IMG/VR virus record: IMGVR_UViG_3300020020_000031
Coordinates: 1 to 61,315 of that record
Strand: one strand, 5' to 3'
Source of the DNA: a virus
Lineage: Duplodnaviria; Caudoviricetes
Length of the DNA stretch: 61,315 nt
Program-made: the position numbers and the translations under genes
Shown here: positions 35,601-44,125 of the stretch, piece by piece
How the letters are laid out: each line of letters opens with the position of its first letter
How positions within the stretch are numbered: position 1 is the stretch's first letter
Notes under the pieces: model-generated
What the model saw: only the letters and a program-made list of their open reading frames with translations
The model's database searches: none
What the model was told of the DNA's origin: nothing

Positions 35601-36740
35601 ATGGCAAAGGGTTACCAGAATGCTCAGGACGTCCTCACCCGTACCCGCGACGGCCAGGATCTGAACGCCATTTGGGATGCGTTTGCCGCTATCCTCGAGA
35701 CGTTCAATGCGCAGCGTCAGCCGCTCGTCGATCTGCTCTCATTCAACGTCACCGACGTTATCGAGGACGTTGTCGAGGCCGGTGGCGAGCGCTTCGAGGA
35801 AGCGACTGAGTTCGGCATCCCGAAGGCAATCCGCCCCAAGCCGGTCATCACTCAGCGGGCGTTCCCGTTCAAGTGGTACGACCTTCGCCAGGGCTACACG
35901 TTCCAGTACTTGGCCGGAGACGGTAACACTCAGGGAGCGAGCTCCCAGCAGCTGGACGCCGTACTCCAGATGGCGATGGAGGCCGACAACCGTCTCCTCT
36001 TCGAGCAGGTCATGAAGGCGCTCTTCAACAGCGCCAACCGGACCACGACAATCACCAACACCGCCTACACGGTGACGGCGCTCTACAATGCGGACTCGAT
36101 GTTCATTCCGCCGTACAACGGAGTGACGTTCAACCCCGCGACCCACACGCATTATGTCGCAAGCGGCGCCGTCCTTTTGGACAGCACCGACCTCGACAAC
36201 CTGGCCGCGCTTCTCACCGAGCACGGCTACGACACCGGGAATGGCTACACCACTCTCATTCTGGTCAACAAGACGGAGGCGGACGTCATCAAGACGTTCC
36301 GTCGCGGCGTGGTCAACAACAACGGTGTGACGGCGGTGTACGACTTCATTCCTGCGACCGGCACGGGATTCCTGCTGCCGATCGGATGGGAAGTGGCCGC
36401 CGGTGGTCAGCCGGGGAACCAGTTCGCCGGAATGAACGTGGTCGGTACCTATGGCCCGTACCTGATCGTGGAGCACGGCACGATCCCGTCCGGGTACATG
36501 GTGGCGGCGGCGAGCGCGGGACGGACGACTAACCTGAACGTGATCGGTATCCGCCAGCACTCGCAGTCGTCGCTACAGGGCGTGATTCTCAAGCCCGGCA
36601 ACAACAACTCCTACCCGCTTATCGACTCAATGTTCGTTCGTGGCCTTGGCACCGGAGTCGGTCGGCGAGGTGCGGCGGCGGTCATGCAATTGACCGCTGG
36701 CGCTTACGCTGTCCCGGCTGCTTACGCCTGGACTGCCTGA
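35601..36740 (+). CDS. Major capsid protein
   Basis: 379 aa, TRDGQDLN.IW, FEEATEFG.P; strong GC3 bias. Confidence 0.88.
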   Translation: MAKGYQNAQDVLTRTRDGQDLNAIWDAFAAILETFNAQRQPLVDLLSFNVTDVIEDVVEAGGERFEEATEFGIPKAIRPKPVITQRAFPFKWYDLRQGYTFQYLAGDGNTQGASSQQLDAVLQMAMEADNRLLFEQVMKALFNSANRTTTITNTAYTVTALYNADSMFIPPYNGVTFNPATHTHYVASGAVLLDSTDLDNLAALLTEHGYDTGNGYTTLILVNKTEADVIKTFRRGVVNNNGVTAVYDFIPATGTGFLLPIGWEVAAGGQPGNQFAGMNVVGTYGPYLIVEHGTIPSGYMVAAASAGRTTNLNVIGIRQHSQSSLQGVILKPGNNNSYPLIDSMFVRGLGTGVGRRGAAAVMQLTAGAYAVPAAYAWTA

Positions 36741-36746
36741 TCGGAC

Positions 36747-36780
36747 GGCTGACCCCTGGGCTCCGGCCCAGGGCTTAGCT
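36747..36780 (+). terminator. Hairpin after the major capsid gene
   Basis: CCCTGGGC-TCCG-GCCCAGGG with extended pairing. Confidence 0.55.
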
Positions 36781-36798
36781 CCGGAGAGGATTCGAGAA

Positions 36799-37218
36799 AT
36801 GTCGAAAGTTGTCCCGCTCGGTCAGGCTCTCGAGGACGAGGACCGGCGCTATCTGAGGGATCTCGGCGCGCACGGCACCAATATCGAGAAGCGGATCGAC
36901 ACCGAATACCCGCCCAATGCGGACGCACTTGCCGCATTCGAGCGCGATGAGCAGAAGCGGCTCGCCGAGATCAATGGTGGCGTCTACACCATGGAGGCTC
37001 AGAACGTTCTGCTGGCCGAGAATGAGCGGCTACGCGCGGAGCTCGAAGCGCTCCGTGGCCCGGCACCGGCGCCGGACTCGAATGACTACTCCAGCTGGAG
37101 TAAGGCGCAGCTGGAGGCGGAGATCGACCGCGTCAACGCCGAAGACCCGGACGCAAAGCTCGCCAAGGGTAACAAGGAGCCCATGGCGGCCGCGCTCGCC
37201 GCGTACTTCGCGGACTAA
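36799..37218 (+). CDS. Hypothetical head-associated protein with a SAP/Rho-N-like C-terminus
   Basis: DYSSWSKAQL..EI..N......G.K..M...L. Confidence 0.6.
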   Translation: MSKVVPLGQALEDEDRRYLRDLGAHGTNIEKRIDTEYPPNADALAAFERDEQKRLAEINGGVYTMEAQNVLLAENERLRAELEALRGPAPAPDSNDYSSWSKAQLEAEIDRVNAEDPDAKLAKGNKEPMAAALAAYFAD

Positions 37219-37228
37219 CACCCAGACC

Positions 37229-37261
37229 GGAGGGTCGGGATCGCCCGACTCCCGACCCTCC
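37229..37261. terminator. Hairpin
   Basis: GGAGGGTCGGGA / TCCCGACCCTCC perfect 12-bp stem. Confidence 0.6.
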
Positions 37262-37280
37262 ATCCCGATAGGACGGTGAA

Positions 37281-37595
37281 ATGGCTACTCCTGAAGAGAT
37301 TGCGGCGCTCCGGCTGCTAATCGCGGAGCCCACCACCGACGCCTATGACGATGATGACCTGAATGCTCGGCTTACGGCCGGAGTCAACGAGTACGCCGTA
37401 GCCCAAGACATCTGGACCGAAAAGGCCGCTGCTGCGGCCGCTCTTGTGGACATTTCCGAGGGTGGCTCTACCCGGAAGATGGGCGATATCTACGAGCAAG
37501 CGCTATCAATGGCTAGCCAGATGGGCGCGCGCTCTACCATAGCGGCTTCGCCTAGCTCCGTAGGAACGCGCATCCGTAAACTGACGAGGCCATGA
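37281..37595 (+). CDS. Head-to-tail adaptor
   Basis: LRLLI.E....Y.D..L motif and position in the module. Confidence 0.7.
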   Translation: MATPEEIAALRLLIAEPTTDAYDDDDLNARLTAGVNEYAVAQDIWTEKAAAAAALVDISEGGSTRKMGDIYEQALSMASQMGARSTIAASPSSVGTRIRKLTRP

Positions 37596-37969
37596 TGTTG
37601 GCCCCCGCCGAGCTCAAGTACCAGCGGGAGAACACGCTTGCGTTCATTATGTCCAATCCGACATGGCTGACGCTGATTCCTCGCATTAAGGTTAAGGATG
37701 GTACAGGGACTCGTTTCGTGGACCAGCCTCCGCGCGGAGCGCAGCAATTGCGGTTGATTGACCAGTCTACGGCTCGCAATACCATTCCGGGGATGATACA
37801 GACTAGCGACGGTCGGGAGCGCTTGGCTGACTTCATCCTCTTGGGGACGCACGACGCCGAGATTGAGCTTTGGGACTACTGGGTCGACTCGACTGGGACT
37901 CTGGAAGTAGCTCAGATGTTCCCATGGAACCAGTACGAGGTCCGCGCGGCGGTGGTGCGTCGTGCCTAA
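37592..37969 (+). CDS. Head-to-tail stopper
   Basis: Size and synteny. Confidence 0.6.
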   Translation: MMLAPAELKYQRENTLAFIMSNPTWLTLIPRIKVKDGTGTRFVDQPPRGAQQLRLIDQSTARNTIPGMIQTSDGRERLADFILLGTHDAEIELWDYWVDSTGTLEVAQMFPWNQYEVRAAVVRRA

Positions 37970-38345
37970 GGGACTCGGAATTACAATGGACTTCAACTCT
38001 CATAACCTTGGGCGGAATCTGCGGACTCTCCCGGCTAAGGTGGATGGCCAGGTCCATGCGATAATGGAGTACCAGTCTACAAAGGCGCTTGGGTACATGA
38101 AGACGAATGCGCGCTGGACCGATCGGACTGGTAACGCGCGGAACGGCTTGGGGACTACGGTGGTTTGGGTCCCTAACGTATCTCATGCGATCAAGTTATT
38201 CCACCGTGTGTTCTATGGGATCTTCTTGGAGGTCCGCTGGGCGGGTAGGTACGCCATCATCCTCCCAACCATCCAGATCTATGGGCCGGATACTATGCGG
38301 CTCTTGAGTAAACTGTTCTCGCGGCTGGGGGGAGGGATGCCGTAA
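37962..38345 (+). CDS. Neck protein (HK97 gp10-like)
   Basis: NARWTDRTGNARNGL, YGIFLE...GRYAII.PT. Confidence 0.75.
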   Translation: MPKGLGITMDFNSHNLGRNLRTLPAKVDGQVHAIMEYQSTKALGYMKTNARWTDRTGNARNGLGTTVVWVPNVSHAIKLFHRVFYGIFLEVRWAGRYAIILPTIQIYGPDTMRLLSKLFSRLGGGMP

Positions 38346-38755
38346 TGGCGAGTAGGACTCTCCGGCAGGCAGTTTTCGGCCTCCTCGTGGCATCTCCGGT
38401 CTTGGCGGCGTTAGGGCTGGGCGAGCCCCAGATCTCACCCAATTTCAGCCCGGACGCGCCCGAGGGGGACCGTTTCCTGATACTTCGTTGGGGGACTACT
38501 ACTCGGGGTATCGGCCCGGTCAACCGGGTAAGGCTTCAGGCGTGGATGTACAATCGGCAACCGGACTTCGGTCCAATTTCCGATGCCCTCCTGGAGATCC
38601 GACTTCGCCTGCCAACCCTAGCAGGTGCAAGAATGTCTTCAACGGAAGCTATCCTGGCGATAGACTACGAGGGAGACAGCGACGATCTGTATGACGATGG
38701 CTACCGCGCCCATACGCGGTGGTGTTCGCATACCATTACTGCGAGTGGGAGTTGA
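38345..38755 (+). CDS. Tail terminator
   Basis: Size and synteny; GDS.DLYDDG. Confidence 0.65.
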   Translation: MASRTLRQAVFGLLVASPVLAALGLGEPQISPNFSPDAPEGDRFLILRWGTTTRGIGPVNRVRLQAWMYNRQPDFGPISDALLEIRLRLPTLAGARMSSTEAILAIDYEGDSDDLYDDGYRAHTRWCSHTITASGS

Positions 38756-38756
38756 A

Positions 38757-39146
38757 ATGACCGAGCCCGAGTACGTAACCGTGGGTGACCCTGCGCCCGC
38801 TACCGGCACGGCGGGTGAATTGCCGGTTGGTGGAGTCGGCGAAGCGCCGCCGGAGGAGGCGGCAGCAAAGCTCAGCGACACCGTGCTTTGCGTACGGTAC
38901 AAGGGGACCGCCAACCAGCGTTCCCTCAGCGCGGATGACATCTCCGGGGTCGGCTCTACGGCGCCCGAATTCCTCGTCTGGACTCCGGAGTCCGAGGTGC
39001 CTTGGGAGGACTGGCTGCGGCTAGCCGGTAGCGAAGAGCGCGCGCGCCAGGTATTGAAGGATATGGCGCACGATTTCGAGCTTGTCGGTCCTGGCGCAGA
39101 AGCCGACGCGGCCGAGGAGTTCGAAGTTGGGGGCTCGGTGGAATAA
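38757..39146 (+). CDS. Hypothetical protein
   Basis: GGGAG RBS; acidic composition. Confidence 0.55.
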   Translation: MTEPEYVTVGDPAPATGTAGELPVGGVGEAPPEEAAAKLSDTVLCVRYKGTANQRSLSADDISGVGSTAPEFLVWTPESEVPWEDWLRLAGSEERARQVLKDMAHDFELVGPGAEADAAEEFEVGGSVE

Positions 39147-39147
39147 A

Positions 39148-39354
39148 ATGGACCTTCGGTGCGAGCACAAGAAGCATGCCGAATTGGCTGATGGAGTCTT
39201 CTCCATTAAGTGTCGGCAGGCTTTCTGTGGTGCTGGCCCGGGAGTGGTGGTGATCCACCGTTGGACGCTCAGTGGTGAGCGTCTATCAGATCAGCGGTTC
39301 CGGGATCCAATCCCAACGACCGCAAGACAACAGGAGGAGGGAGCACGGCTATGA
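39148..39354 (+). CDS. Small zinc-finger protein (Mu Com-like)
   Basis: MDLRC...H......IKC...C pattern. Confidence 0.5.
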   Translation: MDLRCEHKKHAELADGVFSIKCRQAFCGAGPGVVVIHRWTLSGERLSDQRFRDPIPTTARQQEEGARL

Positions 39355-39905
39355 CCATGCCGATTCCGTTGCCGTTCGGTCTGCGGGATGTGAAGATCAC
39401 CCCGTACACTGATGCGACAGCAACCGCGCTGGCGGCATCCAGCATCGATTTCCCCAACAGCCGCGTGTTCTCATTCACGGAGACGGAGGATTTCGAGGAA
39501 CTGCGCGGAGATGACAGCCTTGTCGCTACGCATGGCGCCGGTCCTTCGGTTCAATGGGAACTGGAAGGCGGTGGCTATTCCCTGGAGGCCGTACGCGCCA
39601 TGTACGGCGGCACCATTTCCGAGACCGGCTCGGCTCCCAACCGGGTCAAGAAGCTGCGGAAGCTGAAGACGGATCAACGGCCATACTTCAAGGTCGAGGG
39701 CCAGATCATTTCGGACTCCGGCGGCGACCTTCACGCGGTCCTTTGGCGCTGCAAGGCGACAGATGACCTCGCTGGCGAATTCTCCGATGGTCAGTTCTTC
39801 TTGACTGGAGCTTCCGGGGCGGGTCTGGGATGCTTGATCCCGGGCGGCGACATCAACGTGGTCTGGGACTTTGTCCAGAACGAGACTGCGGCCACTATCC
39901 CGTAA
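39351..39905 (+). CDS. Major tail protein
   Basis: PFGLRDVKI, EELRGDD, RPYFKVEG. Confidence 0.85.
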   Translation: MTMPIPLPFGLRDVKITPYTDATATALAASSIDFPNSRVFSFTETEDFEELRGDDSLVATHGAGPSVQWELEGGGYSLEAVRAMYGGTISETGSAPNRVKKLRKLKTDQRPYFKVEGQIISDSGGDLHAVLWRCKATDDLAGEFSDGQFFLTGASGAGLGCLIPGGDINVVWDFVQNETAATIP

Positions 39906-39931
39906 CCGGGCCAACCTGAGAGGAGAGAGAA

Positions 39932-40315
39932 ATGGCCGATCAGACCGCCAATATCCAGAAGCCTGGACTCACTGGCGTGGCCCCAACCTACGCGGCGGCG
40001 AACGCCACGGACTTCTTCACCGCAGCGCCCAATTCGCGGTACGAAATCCACTACAAGAATGGCGCGACCCCAACCGCCACGGGCGCGTTCACCATCACCG
40101 ATCCGACGACCGTAGCTCCGCCCGGATCTGGAGCCGTCGCCGGCTTCGCGGATGCCATTGTGAAGGCAACTGGATCCATGCTCGCTAACACCGAGCTCAA
40201 ATGTGTCATTAGCAACAGCGACCGATTCCGAGACGCTAACGGACGGATCAACTTCGTCCATGGCGGGACTCTTACAACGGTAGTCATGAACATTCTCGGA
40301 CCGTTCCCCGCGTAA
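39932..40315 (+). CDS. Virion structural protein (tail-associated)
   Basis: Ala/Thr/Gly-rich beta-type protein after the major tail gene. Confidence 0.55.
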   Translation: MADQTANIQKPGLTGVAPTYAAANATDFFTAAPNSRYEIHYKNGATPTATGAFTITDPTTVAPPGSGAVAGFADAIVKATGSMLANTELKCVISNSDRFRDANGRINFVHGGTLTTVVMNILGPFPA

Positions 40316-40340
40316 ACCATCTAGCCGAAGGAGCACAAGG

Positions 40341-40901
40341 ATGCCCGGCAAGGTTAAGAAATACACGCTAGGCCAAGCGCCCGACCTACACGACGTCACT
40401 CTCCCGTCCGGAGCTACCTGCCAAGCTAAGCGCCCCGGAGTTCAGGGCATGATCGAGGCTGGCCTATTGGACAGCTTTGATGAGCTCACCGCTCTTGTCC
40501 AGAGCGAGCATATTGAGCCCAAGACTCCGAAGGGAATGGCGGCCGCCGAAAAGGTCACGCCCGGTCAGGTCAAGAGCGCGACCGAAATCCTCATGGCGGA
40601 CCCATCCAAGCTAGCGACCGCATTCCATTTGATCGACCGGATGGTTGCCGGTGTCGTTGTTCAGCCGCCGGTCTGGGTCGATTACCAGATGAAAGACGAG
40701 CCCGACGAAGAATGGACCAAGCGCCAGGAGAAAGCGCTTGAGGATGAGGCGCTCGCGGTTCGCGCGATCGACCTTGACGACAAGATGTTCTTGGTGGAAT
40801 GGTCCATTGGAGGTTCCGGCGATCTGACCTCGTTTCGTAAAGGACGCCAAGAGCTTATGGCTGACTTGGCTCCAGGCCAAACGGTTCAGCTGCCGGCCTA
40901 G
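40341..40901 (+). CDS. Tail assembly chaperone (G)
   Basis: VTLPSG, LDDKMF; precedes the tape measure gene. Confidence 0.8.
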   Translation: MPGKVKKYTLGQAPDLHDVTLPSGATCQAKRPGVQGMIEAGLLDSFDELTALVQSEHIEPKTPKGMAAAEKVTPGQVKSATEILMADPSKLATAFHLIDRMVAGVVVQPPVWVDYQMKDEPDEEWTKRQEKALEDEALAVRAIDLDDKMFLVEWSIGGSGDLTSFRKGRQELMADLAPGQTVQLPA

Positions 40902-41115
40902 CGAGATAGTTGGGGTGACGGACCAGCCTATGGCGTTCTACTTCGACCGGGCGGTGTTTACGTTCGGGAGCGCGCTGGAGGCGGAATTGGAGAAAGCTGG
41001 ACACTCAAGAGGAAAGTCCAAGAAGTCCGACGCCCAGATAGCTATGGCCCGCCAACAAGTAATGGCTAAATGGCTTGGAACGAAAAGGTTTGCTGATCCC
41101 GTGCCGAGGGGGTGA
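40834..41115 (+). CDS. Tail assembly chaperone extension (T), reached by a predicted +1 frameshift
   Basis: The +1 frame opens at 40828; after TCG TTT CGT it reads FVKDAKSLWLTWLQAKRFSCRPSEIVG...AFYFDRA. Confidence 0.65.
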   Translation, partial: FVKDAKSLWLTWLQAKRFSCRPSEIVGVTDQPMAFYFDRAVFTFGSALEAELEKAGHSRGKSKKSDAQIAMARQQVMAKWLGTKRFADPVPRG

Positions 41116-41122
41116 GAGCTAG

Positions 41123-44100
41123 ATGCCCGACTACAGTCTTGGTACTGCTGAAGGTACCATCAAGATCGGCTATGACGGTAAGGGCATCACCCAGGCCGGG
41201 CAAGGGCTAGATACCCTTGAGAGTAAGGCACGGAATGTACAGCGTGGATTCCAGACTGTAGCGACGACTACCGGGATAGCTGCCGGCGCGATCATAGGCG
41301 GTATTGCATTAGCCGTCAACGCCGCAATTGATTTCGAAGCCCGGATCTCCGCTATTGGTGCGGTATCTAATGCTACCGCCGAGCAATTGGACCGCATTCG
41401 TAAGAAAGCACTTCAGCTAGGCGCCGATACCAAATTCTCCGCCAGCGAGGCCGCACAGGCGATGGAGGAATTGGTCAAGGCTGGCCTCTCTGTTGAAGAT
41501 GTAATGAATGGCGCGGCCGACGCTACCGTGGCGTTGGCGGCTGCTGGCGAGATAGCGCTCCCGGAAGCGGCTGCGATCGCATCTAATGCGATGAATCAGT
41601 TCAATCTGACTGCAGCCGAGCTTCCGAAGATTGCAGACTTGATTGCCGGCGCCGCCAACGCCTCCGCCATTACTGTGAGCGAGTTTGGCTTCTCGTTGAG
41701 CCAGGCCGGAGCTATTGCCAATCTGGTCGGCGTTGACTTCGAGGATCTGGCTACCGCTATCGCCCTTATGGGGAACCAGGGGATCAAGGGTAGCGACGCG
41801 GGTACGGCGCTCAAGACTATGCTGGCTAACCTCCAGCCAGTAACCAAGCGCCAAATTGATACGATGCGGGAACTGGGGCTAGTTACGGCGGACGGCGCCA
41901 ACCAGTTCTTTACCGCCGAAGGCAAACTAAAGTCTCTTGGCGAAGTTTCCGAAGTCCTCAAGCAGTCATTGGTTGGGTTGACTGACGCCCAGAAGACAAT
42001 GGCGCTTGAGACCATTTTCGGGCAAGACGCTATCCGTGCGGCTGCTACTCTCGCGGGCGAGGGGGCGGCAGGCTTTAACGCGATGGCTACCGCCATGGGC
42101 GAGGTTACCGCTCAAGAGGTGGCGGCCAAGAGACTGGATAACGTCTCAGGCGCGCTTGAGCAACTCAAGGGAAGCGTGGAGACGGCTGCGATAGCCTTTG
42201 GTACCGCGCTCCTCCCGACGATCCGCAAGGTGACCGAATTCATCACCATGCTGGTCAACAAATTCTCCGCGCTAGACCCTAAGTGGCAGAAACTGATCGC
42301 ATTCGCCGCCGTAGCTGCTGCTGCACTCCTGGGTCTAGTGGCGGTTATAGCTACGGTCGGTGCCGTCATAGCCGGCATGATTGCAGCCTTTGCGGCTATC
42401 AAGATCGGAGCCATAATTGGCGGGATTGTTCTCGCCATTATTGCAATAGCGGCTGCCGTCAAGCTTGCGTATGATCGCAGCGCGGAGTTCCGGACTCTCC
42501 TGGGGCAGCTAGGCCAGGTTGCGGTTGCAGTCTTCAAGGCAATCATGGCGGTTGTCCGCCCGATCGCGGAGTTCTTCAGAGACAAGATCATCCCGGCGAT
42601 CCAGGAGATCGCGGCCAAGCTACAAAAGAATCTCGCGCCCGCATTCAAGGCTATCGGGGAGTTCATGCAGAAGCATGTCATCCCCGGAGTGGAGAAGATC
42701 CGCGCGGCACTTGAGAAGGCAATGCCGTCCATTCTCAAGGTAGCCGGCTTGATCATCGGCCCGCTGAAGTTGGCCTTTGAGGTCCTCGGCAAGGTGCTTG
42801 GATTCCTCATTCCCATCTTGTTCAAGATTATTGGGCCCATCTTCGGCGCTCTGTTCACGGTCATCGCTGCTGTCATCGGGTTCATCCCCAACCTCATAGA
42901 CGGATTCGCGAAGTTCATCAATATCCTCAAGACCGTCGCCACGGTCATAGCCGTTGTTGTGATCGCGCCGTTCTGGCTGCTGTACCAGGTCGGGAAGTTT
43001 GTCTTCGAGCAATTGATGAAGGTCGTAGAGACGTTCGTCGCCGGATTCATGGCGGTATGGAACTTCCTGTGGCCGGTGACCAAGGCGGTTTGGGATCTTA
43101 TCGTCGCCATCATCCAGCTAGCCTTTGCTGTCATCAGCTCTATGTTCGAAGCCTTCATGGCTGGCGTAATGGCGGTGTGGGGGCTCCTTTGGGGCTTCAT
43201 CATCAAGCCAGTCGTAACCGGCTTCGGTGTAGTCATGAATGCGGTCGGCGCCGCGCTAGGATGGATCGGCGACCGGATCAGCGACTTCTGGAACTGGGTC
43301 CAAGGGATCTGGGCCAAGGTCCACGGATGGGTCGTCGTCCCAATCGTCAATGCGTTCAACGCGATCAAGGACTGGATCGCGGAGCGGATGACGATCGTTC
43401 GGAACGACATCCAGCAGAAGTGGGACGCGATTGTTGCGTTCTTCACTAACGCTCGCGACCGGATAGTCGCCATCATTAACAACTTCACCGCGATTGTGGA
43501 TAGAGTCCGGGCGATCTTCCAGCAGATGAAGGATGCGGCGATCGCCAAGGCCACCGAGATGGTCGAATGGATCGCCGGCTTGCCCGGGCGGATCATCGGG
43601 GCAATTGGTAATATCGGGATGTCACTCTACAACTCTGGTCGCGCGTTGATCCAGGGATTCTGGGATGGCATGAGATCCGTTGTTGACGCTATGATTGGTT
43701 GGGTCTCGAGCAAGCTAGGTGCTATCCGTAACCTGCTGCCGTTCTCGCCCGCCAAGGAGGGTCCATTCTCCGGCCGTGGTTGGGTGCTCTACTCCGGTCG
43801 CGCGCTCATGGAGGGATTCGCCGAAGGTATCGGCCAGCGAGCCGGTATGGTACGTGCCGCAGCGGAGCGCGCGTTGGCGGGAGTGGCTGGGAGTCTCCCG
43901 ACGGACTTCTCGGCTACGGTAGGTGCCGCCAAGTCCGGGGTGGGCGCGGCAGCGGGCTTCGGAGGCGCCGGAGGGTCGACTACGACCACGACGTCAACCG
44001 TCAACGAGATCAATTTGAATGTCCCGCTGGAGGACTTGCGTTCGATCCGCGACGTCCAGGATCTACTAGACTTCATTGACCGTTTGCGAAACGATAGCCG

Positions 44101-44125
44101 GAGAGGCCTGGAGGTGAATGCGTAA
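41123..44125 (+). CDS. Tape measure protein
   Basis: 1000 aa, TP901-type core (TKFSASEAA, GIKGSDAGTALK), aromatic helical repeats, PFSPAKEGPFSG. Confidence 0.95.
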   Translation: MPDYSLGTAEGTIKIGYDGKGITQAGQGLDTLESKARNVQRGFQTVATTTGIAAGAIIGGIALAVNAAIDFEARISAIGAVSNATAEQLDRIRKKALQLGADTKFSASEAAQAMEELVKAGLSVEDVMNGAADATVALAAAGEIALPEAAAIASNAMNQFNLTAAELPKIADLIAGAANASAITVSEFGFSLSQAGAIANLVGVDFEDLATAIALMGNQGIKGSDAGTALKTMLANLQPVTKRQIDTMRELGLVTADGANQFFTAEGKLKSLGEVSEVLKQSLVGLTDAQKTMALETIFGQDAIRAAATLAGEGAAGFNAMATAMGEVTAQEVAAKRLDNVSGALEQLKGSVETAAIAFGTALLPTIRKVTEFITMLVNKFSALDPKWQKLIAFAAVAAAALLGLVAVIATVGAVIAGMIAAFAAIKIGAIIGGIVLAIIAIAAAVKLAYDRSAEFRTLLGQLGQVAVAVFKAIMAVVRPIAEFFRDKIIPAIQEIAAKLQKNLAPAFKAIGEFMQKHVIPGVEKIRAALEKAMPSILKVAGLIIGPLKLAFEVLGKVLGFLIPILFKIIGPIFGALFTVIAAVIGFIPNLIDGFAKFINILKTVATVIAVVVIAPFWLLYQVGKFVFEQLMKVVETFVAGFMAVWNFLWPVTKAVWDLIVAIIQLAFAVISSMFEAFMAGVMAVWGLLWGFIIKPVVTGFGVVMNAVGAALGWIGDRISDFWNWVQGIWAKVHGWVVVPIVNAFNAIKDWIAERMTIVRNDIQQKWDAIVAFFTNARDRIVAIINNFTAIVDRVRAIFQQMKDAAIAKATEMVEWIAGLPGRIIGAIGNIGMSLYNSGRALIQGFWDGMRSVVDAMIGWVSSKLGAIRNLLPFSPAKEGPFSGRGWVLYSGRALMEGFAEGIGQRAGMVRAAAERALAGVAGSLPTDFSATVGAAKSGVGAAAGFGGAGGSTTTTTSTVNEINLNVPLEDLRSIRDVQDLLDFIDRLRNDSRRGLEVNA

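Noticed and set aside
42112-43596. Long minus-strand ORFs (here, 27474-28349, 35739-36560, 12658-13503 and others)
   Set aside because: These are antisense shadows of GC-rich + strand genes, with no RBS or recognisable motifs.
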